Shown piece after piece: positions 1 to 11,777 of a DNA stretch of 64,000 nt. The stretch is from Intoshia linei (Eukaryota; Animalia; Orthonectida), in contig LWCA01000051.1 of the NCBI GenBank assembly GCA_001642005.1, positions 1 through 64,000 on the forward strand, given 5' to 3'. The notes beneath the pieces are model-generated. The model saw only the letters and a list, made by a program, of their open reading frames with translations. It made no database searches and was not told the origin of the DNA. Made by a program: the position numbers and the translations under genes. The first letter of the stretch is position 1. Each line of letters begins with the position of its first letter.

Positions 1-384
1 TAAATTCTCGAACTCGTTTGATTTTCAAAAAAAAGACAATTGGGCTTTTGACCCGTAAGATGTGAGTTTGGGAGGTTAAAATGTATCTTACTAACACCCC
101 AGAAAATAACTGTCATAGAAATGTGGACTTTATAAAATTCTAAGATTGGTAGTTATTGAAATAAACGAAAACACACAGACACAAACAAATATTGCATATC
201 ATAATATGTAAATAAGTAAGGTTAAAAAATAATATATTTATTTACATTGTTAATAATTCTTAATGCGGATATATTTTGTTGACATTATCGGTTCTCATTC
301 CTTGTCTTTCGAAAAGTGAGATTCACCTATTAATGTTTTTAATATTTTTTGTAAGTTATCTGAATGTAACTGTATCAACCGTCA

Positions 385-860
385 TTTTTTTTAAATTCTA
401 GAAGTATTTTCATTTTTAAAAAAAGGGTAATCTGGAGTTTTGCTCGTGAAAATGCAGTTTTTTAAAATTTTCATTGATGATAATGATTATGACTTAAAAA
501 CCTATCCCTCAATTTATGTTTTATAAAATTTTAAGAATTTTATCATTTTTACTAAAAAGAGTAATTTGTGGTTTTGGCCATGAAGATATGTTTTAAAATT
601 GAAATTTATCATAATGGTGATGATTTTAAAATCTTTATCAGTTTAATAGTTTTATAGTATTTTTTATAATTCTAGGACTTGTTTCAATTTAAAAAAAAAT
701 ATAATTGGTTTTTTACCTTGAAGGACTCAATTTCTGAAAATCACATTTGCGATAAAACATCACCTTTGAAAAACTGTATTAGAAATGGGTATTCTTAAAA
801 CTGGCGCCTCTTACTTTCTTAAATAAATTGTAACAAACAGATACACAGAAATACATTTTT
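385..860 (+). repeat. Dispersed repeat family with about 140-bp internal subunits (DINE-1/HINE-like); other copies at about 1-195, 3735-4175(-), 7955-8410, 9055-9220, 12700-12890(-) and 37260-37450
   Basis: Recurring TTCTAG...AAAAAAGGGTAATCTGG...GTTTTGGCC(A/G)TGAAGAT blocks. Several copies end in ACAG-type microsatellite (e.g. GACAGACAGAC at 9206). The family assignment is inference. Confidence 0.65.
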
Positions 861-1778
861 GACTAAATTAATGTGTATGTACGTCAGGATTTACCATTAT
901 AAATTGTTATCGATTGCGAACCCTAGTTGTAATGGAACTGGAACAGAAAGACAAAATGTCATGTTCTCTAAATAATTGGTACTTTATTATTTACATGTTA
1001 AATCAAAAGTTCTAATTTTTATAACCAAAAATTGATAGTTAATCGATTTATGAAATTGTGAGTGCAAAAAGTGTGGATTAAGCGAAAAGGTATATTAAGC
1101 CCACAAAAGCATATATTATCAAAAATACATGTTGCTATTATACATTTAAATATTTTGGTATGAATTAAAATGTGTGAAAACAGACATGAATGTAGTTATA
1201 AGCGCAATACTCTTATGATAATTTAAATGCTGTTAAAGATTTATGTGAATTATTGATTCAAATAAAATGTAGATTCCATTTCCATAATTATTTACCTTCA
1301 ATATGATTTATTTTAGCGGATTTGAGATATTGTAATAAATTTTATATTTGTACAATTTTCTTAATTTGCTAGCCAAAGTATATCGAATATAGAATTAAAT
1401 TTTTAAACATGTGCATGTATGTTTATTATCTAACTCAGTCGTCCTTAACCTTTTCTTACATAAATATCCAAGCTACCATATAGTCTAAAATTAATGATGG
1501 TATAAAATTATAAATTCAATACTGAATATCTAATTATTTATCTGTAACTGGATGTATTGTTTTTTGCATTCACACAACTAACAATTCCCAAGAGTAATTC
1601 ATTATAACGCAATATTGATATATCATGAATCTTAATGAATAAATGGATTAAATATAATTTAACAATTTTATCTGCAAAATTTTTAGACACTAAATTTTTG
1701 TTTGTTTTAAATGGTAAACAAAATATAATTTTAATGTTTGTGATATCTGAATTTATTTACTCATTTGAAAACTAAAAA

Positions 1779-4589
1779 ATGAAAAAATCTCGTACTACGA
1801 ATAATGAAAAAGTATGTGCTACTAAAAATTACGATAAAAAGATCCATAGGATTGTTTTGACTGGAGGTAACTTACAAAAACGTTTACTCAAATTTTTCAA
1901 GGTCCATGCGGTGGAAAAACTACGGGACAAGTTGCTATTAGCAATTTCTTTGAAAACTTAGGATGGAAGGTTAAATTTGTCTAAATAATTAAATTTAGCA
2001 ATGTTTAGGTGTATAGAGTACCGGAAGCAGCAACAATACTAAAAGCGTATACTTTGATTTTCACATAAATATATAAATTAGAGGTGGCGTAAAAGGAAGT
2101 GATTTTAATGAAAATAATGGTAAATGAAGCCTTTTTTAATTTAATCTTTGATTCATAGTCCGATGCTTCCAATACAACTTGATTTACTTGATGATGCGAC
2201 TTGAAAATACCTATATCGTAATTGCAACAAGATATTCTAATTTAACATAAACGTTAGGAAATGGCTCAACACGAAAAGTCTAATGTTTTGATAATATGCG
2301 ATAGAGGCATTTTGGACGCTACAGTTTGTAAGTGAAATTTTATTTTGATTTAAGCTACAATAATTTGCATGCAAATTTTTTATAGAATATTTATTTTGAA
2401 ATTATCAATTATTCTTATTTAAATTAAGATATGCCAAGTCACATGTGGACAGAATACTTGGACAAGAATAATCTTACAGATGTAGAACTATTTTATGTTA
2501 AATATTTGTTTTTAGATTGATGTAAGGGATAATAGATATGATCACATTTGTCATATGGTCTCAGCGGCCGATGGTAAATCAACATTTAATTAGAATTGAC
2601 TTTATTTTTTTTAAGGTGCTGAAAATTTTTACAATGATAATAATAATTCAGCCAGACATGAAACGATTCAAGAAGCAAGAACGCTAGATAGTCAAACGTT
2701 ACAAGTACACGAAATTTATTTACTCAATTTTATCACATTTAATTGTCAATAGTTCATTATATTGGGATATTTAATGTGATTGAACTGGTTATCAATAAGG
2801 GTCATACAATTTTATTCAGAGTCATGTAACATTTTTTTATTCTTAGAAAATGACACATACTTCTAAATCAGTAAAGTATTGTGGAACATAAGCAATTAAC
2901 GTCAATTTCTATAAAACGTAATGGGTCCGGTATTAAAAGTGGGAAACTCAGATTTATCAGATATTAATTAAAAGAAATAATTTCACAGCTTAGGCGTGGA
3001 TTGGTCATCCGTATATTGATGTTATAGACAATTCAACAAATTTTGCGCATAAAAAGATGAGATTGATAAAGGTTATTATTTTAAGTATCATAAGGTAAAG
3101 TTTAAAAACTAGGCTATTTGTGAACGCATGGGAATTGACACTTCTGACAGACTTGTTCAGAATAGCAAGAAACGCAAATTTCTCATCGAATCTTTGCCAA
3201 ACATTGCTGTAATACAGTTTTAGTATTTAGTTTATTTTATGTCATAGGATTTTCCTGAAACAACGCAAATTTTCAATGTCATTCATCACTATTTGTTATC
3301 CAACGATTCAAATGTTCAGAGTCGTATTAGGAAGAGAGGAATTAATGGTAATATAGATAATTCATATACTTCCCTAATTGATTGGGTCATTCTAGCATGT
3401 TAGTGAAAGTGAAAAAAAAATTTTTGTATACCGTAAAGATTTTTAAGTATGCTAAAATTGAATAATTATTAATTCTAATAATTATATAATAATAATACTA
3501 ATTCTCATTTTTTTACGGATTTTAATGAATGAAAATGTTAAATTAAATTGATAATAAAGACTAGCAATCATAAATATTGACAAATATACCCTGCAAAGAT
3601 CTTTTTTTGTTAAACGGAACTTGTTGTTTATCAGAAGCAAGTTTATCATATCTAGCTTTTGTTAAAGACGAAGGAACTCTCATGCAGCATAGTTGAGAGT
3701 ATAATAATAGATAATTATTTATAATTTATAAATACGTAATGCAGGAAATTTTCTTTTTTAAGATGACCAATGCTGATTCACTCATATTTTTAATTTTTAG
3801 AAAATAAACGATCGAGTAGACAATGTAATCTGTTAAAATTTCTGAAATTGATTCCTTCCAGGCAAAAACCACAATTATCCTTTTTTTAAAAATCACATGA
3901 TTTCTAGAATTATAAAAAATACACAATCTGATAATATTTTAAAACCATTAACATTTTATGATAAATTTTAATTTCAAAATCTTACATCTTCACGGCCAAA
4001 ACACCAAATTACCCTTTTTTAAAAAATGAAAAAACCCTAGAATTTTATACAACATAAATTGTGAGATAGTACTTAATTAACATAACATTAATATCATCAT
4101 AAATTGCAAACTCAAAAAAGTGCATTTTCAAGATCAAAACTTCAGATTAATTTTTTATTAAAAAAAGTTACTCTAGCACCCGGTTAAGAAACACTGGCTT
4201 ATAGGTTACTGGATTTCATATGATGCTTTTAAATTTTAGATTCGTGGTCTTATCTGTACACTGCTCGAATAAAAGGATCACATGATCAAAATCCGGAATT
4301 GAAAAGACAAATTAGTTACAGAGAATACAAGGCACTAAACCTACAGGCCGACCCAAATCGCTATCCAATTTTCAAAAGACGTCACTGTTTTATGTGGAAC
4401 AAGACGTATTACCAATTGGACGTGTACAAGGAGCCATGTCATAAACGTTGCATGAATTTGATATTTCTGGAAACATTCACGTCCAAAACTGATGAATTAC
4501 AATTACCTGATTTTATTAAAATTAACAAAGAAATTACTGGCGTCAATGAATATTCAATGTATAATTTATCTTTAATTAAAGAAAAATGA
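1779..4589 (+). CDS. Ttd14: TRPL translocation defect protein 14-like (P-loop NTPase plus CYTH-like C-terminus), multi-exon
   Basis: Removing the 35-nt intron 1867-1901 gives [19 protein letters not shown] (Walker A). Later exons read [58 protein letters not shown] and SKKRKFLI. The last exon reads [18 protein letters not shown]...NEYSMYNLS, with TGA at 4587-4589. Confidence 0.85.
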
Positions 4590-4620
4590 AAATATATTTA
4601 AAATTTAATAAAATGTATAT

Positions 4621-5667
4621 TCACCAATGGGCGTCATGCAATTGAGTCACTTTACGCAAAAAATACTTATGACTACCATGTAAATCCATTTTTGAAGAAA
4701 CATCCATCCACATTACGTCATTTGCATCGTCACCAGCAGTAAGAGGCAATGCTCCAACACTATTACCAGTTTCGTCGTGAAAATTTACACAAACTGTTTC
4801 CATCCAGGCATTATCCGTATTACGAGAGTCATCCACATATCCATTATAAATCTATATTATGATGAAAGAGAAATATTAAATTGTATACCTTTGTCCCTTT
4901 GGAAAATAAATCTGAAATGGATTTAGAAAATTCTTTTTTTTTAGATTCGTTGAAATTCAAACTATCCAACGCTTCTTCACAAAATTCACGTTGTAAGGTT
5001 TTTGTGACATTTTCATTGTTATCTACCATACCCTATTGTTATTAATTAATTGAAAACTTTTGTTTTTTATAAAGTGTAGTACCCCTGGTATGGCCCACTT
5101 TTTGTTATCTTTTCTTTTAATGGCTATAAATTGAAGCACTGCGTTTTTCGATTTTTTCGACTGATTTTTCCACCTAAATTATGTTAATTTTAATGTCAAA
5201 TATTTTTACCTGGTAATGACAGGGTCAGCAGCATGATTAGGTCCCCATTTCCCCAAGCACCCCCTTCCAATAATGCCTGTACGTCCCATCGGATTTCTAA
5301 ATTTTTTCAAACAAATATTATGTTTCATTACATGGGGATATTATCTTGAGTGGTATCATAAGGACGAATAAAAGAGGTTCGATCGATGACTTGATCGTTA
5401 ATGTTCCATTTTATATTGTATTTTTTGATAGTTTCACTAAAAGTATGTAAAACTAAAATGGATTATAACTTACACGTTTTGGTGTTTTTCGTGAAAGTCA
5501 AGTGGTGGGTCTGCCCATTCTGGCATAGACAATACAGAAGAACTAGTATAATTAATTGGATCGTATTGTGCAAAAGGTATAGACCAGTCAATTTTATCTT
5601 CAGGGACATGTGCTCTGTCAATTGTGTCGTATTTTCTATTTCGACAATTTGAATGCAGAAATACCAT
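4621..5667 (-). CDS. NUDT9: ADP-ribose pyrophosphatase (Nudix hydrolase 9), multi-exon
   Basis: Exons read MVFLHSNCR...[39 protein letters not shown]|GMVD...LQREFCEEA (Nudix box) and [16 protein letters not shown]. The N-terminus could extend upstream (see findings). Confidence 0.93.
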
Positions 5668-5677
5668 ATTTGAAAAA

Positions 5678-6052
5678 TTAGAGATCTTTTTCAATTTCAC
5701 CGTCAGAAAGTTTAGAGTAATTACTTTTATGAACACCCAACTTTGAAACAATATCTTGTTTAAAATTATCCAAAGTTTTCCTAACTTTAGTTTGAGGTGT
5801 TGTTTTAATTAAATTGTGTTGGCTTGACGCAGAATCTTGTTGAATATGTTTCCCACGGTTTGTAAGTTTCTCAATTTGTTTTAGTTTTGTTACAGTTTTT
5901 TCTTTTATCGAAGACACTTCTGATTTTATGGATGTATGAGAACCAGATGAGTCTTTGGATCTACGTGATTCTGTAGATACTGTGGAATTTCGATGTTGAC
6001 CAGTTTTTGATACTTTTTTATATATTCTTTGCAGGTTATCTATTATTTTCAT
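5678..6052 (-). CDS. Orphan 124-aa Ser/Lys-rich ORF directly upstream of NUDT9 (separate gene, uORF or N-terminal exon)
   Basis: 375-nt ATG-to-TAA ORF, long for such AT-rich DNA. No motif recognised. It stops 10 nt before the NUDT9 ATG. Confidence 0.4.
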   Translation of the reverse strand: MKIIDNLQRIYKKVSKTGQHRNSTVSTESRRSKDSSGSHTSIKSEVSSIKEKTVTKLKQIEKLTNRGKHIQQDSASSQHNLIKTTPQTKVRKTLDNFKQDIVSKLGVHKSNYSKLSDGEIEKDL

Positions 6053-6255
6053 AAATTGTTATTCATTCCTTCTACAGCTGTGTAGTTTTAATCAAACGCA
6101 TTCTAGATTTTACGAGTGCATTAATTTTACATGAAATAGGTCATGTATATGTATATATGTAACAATATTCTATTTTTTTTCAACACACATTAACATAATT
6201 ACTTGTACATTATTTTATAAATGGAAAAATTTATTATAAAACAATTAAAATTAAA

Positions 6256-9200
6256 TTAAATTATTGATAAATCACATTCAAGTATACTTTCATACGATTT
6301 TTTGAATGAATTCTTTATTCGTAAAAATTCTTGCTCATTGTAACAGCTGTGCGATACATTGGATTTATTTATTGGTTCTAGATTTATTTTAATAGGATTT
6401 AGCTGATTTCAACAAATCAATATATCATTATTAGTTGGGTCACGATATGATGGGAATTTTGTAGTTTAACCCCGTTTCATTTAATCATTTTAAAATGTTT
6501 TATGATAGTTTAATTGTAACTACAATCGAATCAAATTCTTTATGGTCCAATTAGTAAACAAAAAAAATAAATATTAATTTCACTAGAAAGGGGTCAAAGT
6601 ACAATTAGACTTGTTGCAATAATCAATTAACTAATTTAGTTTCATTATGTCGTTTATCATACTAGTAAACGTTATAAAAAATTACCCTCAATACATATAT
6701 AGGAAAAGTTGAAATTTTCTTTTAATTGACTTTTCAAGATTGGGTTTCCTGTTCGCACAGATATGATATATTTATCGAATCTAATTAATATTTATGATTA
6801 AGTGTATAGAAGGTAATATCTTTTGAAATAATAATAATTGTTAATCTATAGAGCAGGGTCGGAACCAGTGGCCCAAATTATAATTTTGGTGGCTCTTTGA
6901 GTAAATATGTAAATTATTTATTTTTCAACTTTTAAACACTTTTCTACAATAATTAGACAATTTTAATCATTTTAACTCTAAATTTTCAGATTACCATGGA
7001 TATTATTTTGTTGAATACACACTAGAACCGTTTCTCTTTAGTTAAAATTTATATATAAATTTTATATGTAAATTTTCAAAAACGGGGGCCGTAGAATTTT
7101 TTGAATAAAAAAAAATTGGCCCACGAGACACAAAAGGTTTCCAACCCTGATATAGATCATAAGATTATAATATATAAGCGTAAAAACTCCGTCAAAACTT
7201 TTAAATGTTAAGACTTATAAATTGAAAATTTAAATTCTGATAAAATTAACTTTAATTTTCTATGGCACCTATACTTTTTCAGGCGCCTTTTGGCCTGAAC
7301 TAAATTAAGAAATACATTTTTAATAAACATCACTACTTATTTATTTACAGGCGACCAAAATAATAAATTCAAATCAAATTGTAAAATATAACCAATACCG
7401 TAAAAAGTGTTGGTAACACTGTCCTTAAACTGTAATGTTTAAAGTATTATTAATAAAAAAATACTCGAATGCGTATCCATAAAAATAAAAAAAACGTGTC
7501 AGCATTTCTCCGAGGTTATATTTAACATTAGTGTTTTCTAAATATATTGAATTCAAATATAACAATACTATTGTAATAATTATTTAACTTTTTTGTAATT
7601 ACCATTCGAATGACAAATCACTTGCTAAAAATTTAATTGTAAAAAATAGTAATTTATGAAATCAGTGTTTATCAATATTTGGGGTCGCATCTAATTTGTT
7701 TTATTTAAAACTAGTTGACTGTTATGTACTACGTACAAACAGCTAAGCCGAGGCGCATTTTTTTAAAATTGTAGGATGATTATTTACTTTTTCATTTCTA
7801 ATATTACAATAATGTAATTAATTTAACAGTAAACGGTAATGTTAATCAACACTTAAAAAATATTGGTTGATAATATATTAAAAATTATTTTTCACCGGGA
7901 ATGCGTAAATTTATGGGGTTGAAATTTTGTATTTATATCAACTGGAATAAGCTGTATTTTTTTTTAAATTTTTTTATTTCTAGGGCTGTTTTCATTTTTA
8001 AAAAAAAAAGGGTAATCTGGGTTTTTGACTGTGGAAATTACCTTTTTTGAGGTCACCATTTATGATAATTCTTATCAATTTAAAAATTATTCCAGATTTT
8101 ATGTTGTATAAAATACTAGGACTTTCTTAATGTTTACAAAAAAAAAGTAATTTGTGGTTTTGGCCGTGAAGATATAAGATTTTGAAATTGAAAATTATCA
8201 TAATATTAATGTATTTAAAACTTTATTAGAATGTGTATTTTTTATAATTCTAGGATGGGTTTGAATTTAAAAACAAAGAACAATTGTAGTTTTTAACCTA
8301 ATTAAATTTGCGATGTAACATGACTCAGGAAAAACTTACAAGAATATGGAATTTGTAAAACTCATCAATTAAAACTAAAACTTATTTTCTTAAATAAACT
8401 GGAACAAATAAATGAGAATATTCTTAAACTCAACCATTTTTACTTAAATCCAACCATTTTTACTAAAAATCAACCAACCCTTATGAGAAAACCTACTTTT
8501 ACCAACCTTTATTGGAAAAATTCGATTTTAAAAGCCCTTTAGGGACAATCCCAATTTTACCAACCCTAAAAAGAAAAATTCGGTTTTAAAATCCCTTTAG
8601 GGAAAATTCTAGTTTTATTTAACCATCTAATTTTGTCTTTACAAGTCAAACATAATTTAGGAAAAATTGATTAAAATTTGGTTTATAAATTAATATACAT
8701 CCGCTTATTTGTAAAAATGATAAATTAGTGAATAAATATTTTTGACTCATAAAAGTCGCCAAAAAGTAATATACATTCATTGGTTGGTAAAAGTGGGTTT
8801 TTCCTTTAAGGTTTAGTAAAACTGAATTTTTCCTTTTAGTGTTTTTTGTAAATTTTGAGGTAAATTTTGATTTTAAGTAAAAATGGTTGGATTTAAGTAG
8901 ACACCCTTATATAAATATGGATAGTGACTGTACTTGAAGAATTTACAACGGCCATAATTAATCAAAAATTTTGTATTACAAATATTTTGAATATTTTTTA
9001 ATGAAAATTAATAATGTACTAATAATAAATTCAATGCAAAGAATTGAACTATAATTATATTTTTTGAATTATTGGGCTGATTTTATTTTTATAAAAAAGG
9101 AAAAATTTGATTTTTGACCACGAAGGGCTCACTTTCTGAAAATTAAACTTGCATTAAAATATTACTCTCGAAAAACTGAATTAGACATTGGTGTTTTTGA

Positions 9201-11777
9201 AATTCGACAGACAGACTTCAATTTTGTTTGCGACTTCATTTTCACGGCTTTATTTTTGATTTTTGAAGGAATCGAGAATTATAAGTTCTAATAAGCTCTG
9301 AGAGTCACTATTATTGAATTCCTTTATTCGCACAAAAAATTTAATTAAAGTATTTTCTATAAAATCTCCGTTATTCTCATCTGGTGACAAGATTTTTCAC
9401 TATTCACAAAAATTTTTTTAAAACTAAACAATTAAATTCTTAATACCTTTCGTAACTATTGATAAAATAACATTTTAGAAATTTCCCAAATGTATAAAAA
9501 ATGTAAATTGCGCACAGTGGAGGCTTCACTGTACGATTAAGTTGAGAAAAAAGTAATTTCACCATTTTTTTAAAAAAATATCGACCGATAGTGGCCAAAA
9601 CGATATATCAATCTTAGTAGAAAGTTTAGAGGAAAATGGTGCCAAGGCGTCGGAAAAATCTATTTTAAAATACAATTGATAAAAATACTGGTGTATTGTA
9701 TCTAGTTGAATTATAAAATAGCTTAAATAAATTTTTGGTTTATTATTTTTATTGATAGAAAACGCACACGGCAATGGGTTTCTTTGTTTCATCTCAAATT
9801 TTGAAAATCGCGACACAGATTGATAAACGATGCCATAAAATAAAAATTATATAGTTACCGAATATTTATCCAATTTCATAATGATCGGGTTGATTTTGTC
9901 TAAATTAAATGTATACATTTATTAGCAATAATATTATATTTACATTTTGTATTGGTCTTTAACTCGATATAAAATGTATGTTATGTTATATAATTTATGA
10001 TAAATTGGGTTGTGTTTACTATACATAAAGTAGCCCGATTTATGCATTGTGTATCAATGGTTATTTTGCTTTATGGCATAAATTATGGCATAATTTAATA
10101 ATAATAATAAACATAATAATTATTATGCACTACTATTGTTATGATAGATATTTGTAATAGTAAATATTTAATTATTAATGGTAAAGTTACTACATGTCTA
10201 TAATAATATAAATAAAAAGGGTTTCTATTTAAATCCAACCATTTTTACTAAAAATCAAAATTTACTAACACTAAAAGGAAAAATCCAGTATTACAGAATT
10301 TCACTTAAGGTTTAGTAAAATTCGATTTTTCATTAAAGGTTAGTAAAAGTGGGTTTTCTCATAAGAGTTGGTAAAATTGGGATTTTTCTTTAGGGGTTTG
10401 TAAAAGTGGATTTTTTCCGTAAGGGTTAATAAAATTCGATTTTTCCATTAAAGGTTGGTAAAAGTGGATTATTTCCTTAAGGGTTGGTAAAACTCGATTT
10501 TTCTATCATCAGTTGGTAAAAGTGGGTTTTCCCATAAAGGTTTTTAAAACCGAATTTTTCCATTCAAGTTTGGTAAAAGTGTGTTTTCCCATAAGGGTTG
10601 GTAAAAGTTGATTTTTCCCTTAAAGGTTGGTAAAACTGAAATTTTCCCTAAAGGGTTTTGAAAACCGAATTTTTCTATTAAAGTTTATTAAAAGTGGATG
10701 TTTAGTAAAAATCTTTGGATTTAAGTAAAAATGGTTGGGTTTAAGAATATTTTCAAATAAAAATATAACAGAGCAGACATATTACAAGTATTGGTAATTA
10801 AATTAGTTCAATATGTATTACATTGATAAAAGAAAATAATCATTAAAGTAAGCGAATAACTGGAAAGTGTGTTTTTTCTGGCATTATTAATATTGTTCTT
10901 TATGGCCCACATTTTCAGTATTTTAACCAAAATAAATAGTTTCTCATCCACTAAAAGTTTTTTTTTAATTGGTGTATTTTACCGCAAGAATAAGCTTGTA
11001 AAAGTCTAGTATTCAATACAGCGTGCCAGCAATTATACGTCAAATCTATGACAGTATCACTTTGATTGTCATATAAAGATAATAGTGGAGCTTTGGCTCT
11101 AATTATTTTGAGTCTCGAAAAACATTCTAAAAAGTCATCAATTATTTAGTTTTAAACATTATTCATAGTACCAAATTGCTTCAAAACTTTTTTAATCATA
11201 ATTAAAAATCCGGTTGATGAATTCCAACTTGTCTAAAGAGAATTTATTTTCAATCATTCATGATCTATTCCATATATCATTTTAATCAATTATTCATAGG
11301 GTTCTCGAGTACGGTAGGTTCGGCTCTGACAACCGTAATGAAAAACTGTTGATCGTTACGGTAAATATATAATGATTAAATTTTGTTAAGGACAACAAAA
11401 ATAGACATATTCTACCGGTTCCAGATTCCTAATTAATTAAATAATAATTTAAAACCGGTATTTTGGAACGCGAATCTTCAAACACAATTGACATGTCCAA
11501 ATCCGAATTAACAGAACCAAATCCATTTCCAGACGATCCAACCATATACACATGGATATTTATATCTAATTTATATCAAAAATCAAAAAATGTACCAAAA
11601 TTGAAAAAATCATTAATGGCCCGTTCGATAAATAATCTTATGTAGTTTCGATATGCAATGTTCCTGGGATTCATCGAACAATAATTGTTATACTTGAGCA
11701 TTTTGGTAGATAACTAAACAAATTCATTCAGAAATATCAATATAATTATTAATTACAGATTGATAAATATCAGCCAT
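6256..11777 (-). CDS. GLD-2/TENT2-like non-canonical poly(A) polymerase (nucleotidyltransferase plus PAP-associated domain), multi-exon; 5' end may extend to about 12.4 kb
   Basis: Minus-strand exons: YMVGSSGNGFGSVNSDLDMSI (about 11565-11456, GS...DxD); IRAKAPLLSLYDNQSDTVIDLTYNCWHAVLNTRLLQAYS (about 11127-10983); VDEKLFILVKILKMWAIKNNINNARKNTLSSYSLTLMIIFFYQ; probable YKINPIIMKLDKYS (9899-9859); NLGEMLTRFFYFYGYAF (about 7537-7465); FDKYIISVRTG...SYICIE (6780-6686); EPINKSNVSHSC...DLSII with stop at 6256-6258. Confidence 0.85.
6854..7149. mobile_element. hAT/Charlie-like MITE in an intron of the GLD-2-like gene
   Basis: TIRs CAGGGTCGGAACC / GGTTTCCAACCCTG. Imperfect TSD CTATAGAG / ATATAGAT. Confidence 0.7.
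8413..8908. mobile_element. Foldback-like element built from about 32-33-bp subrepeats, copy 1
   Basis: Inverted termini TTAAATCCAACCATTTTTACT / AGTAAAAATGGTTGGATTTAA, with internal TTTTACCAACCC and GGTTGGTAAAA units. Confidence 0.75.
10217..10755. mobile_element. Foldback-like element copy 2 (inverted relative to copy 1), about a dozen tandem 32-33-bp units
   Basis: Units resemble AAGGGTTGGTAAAAGTGGATTTTTCC. Its left end AAGGGTTTCTATTTAAATCCAACC is the reverse complement of the right end of copy 1, and vice versa. Confidence 0.8.

Noticed and set aside
9300-9830. Exon-like pieces and an 85-aa minus ORF within a GLD-2-like intron
   Set aside because: No phase-consistent assembly was found, and the gene can be completed without them. 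Left unannotated.
10305-10700. Regular 32-33-bp repeats as a CRISPR array
   Set aside because: The units are contiguous and degenerate with no unique spacers. There are no cas genes, the context is eukaryotic, and they lie inside a foldback-like element.
11310-11330. GTAGGTTCGGCTCTGAC as a tRNA T-arm
   Set aside because: The stem is imperfect and there is no acceptor, D or anticodon arm. No tRNA, rRNA or U snRNA gene was recognised anywhere in the window.
11463-11645. ORF-track 60-aa + ORF (MERESSNT...)
   Set aside because: Antisense shadow of the GLD-2-like catalytic exons.
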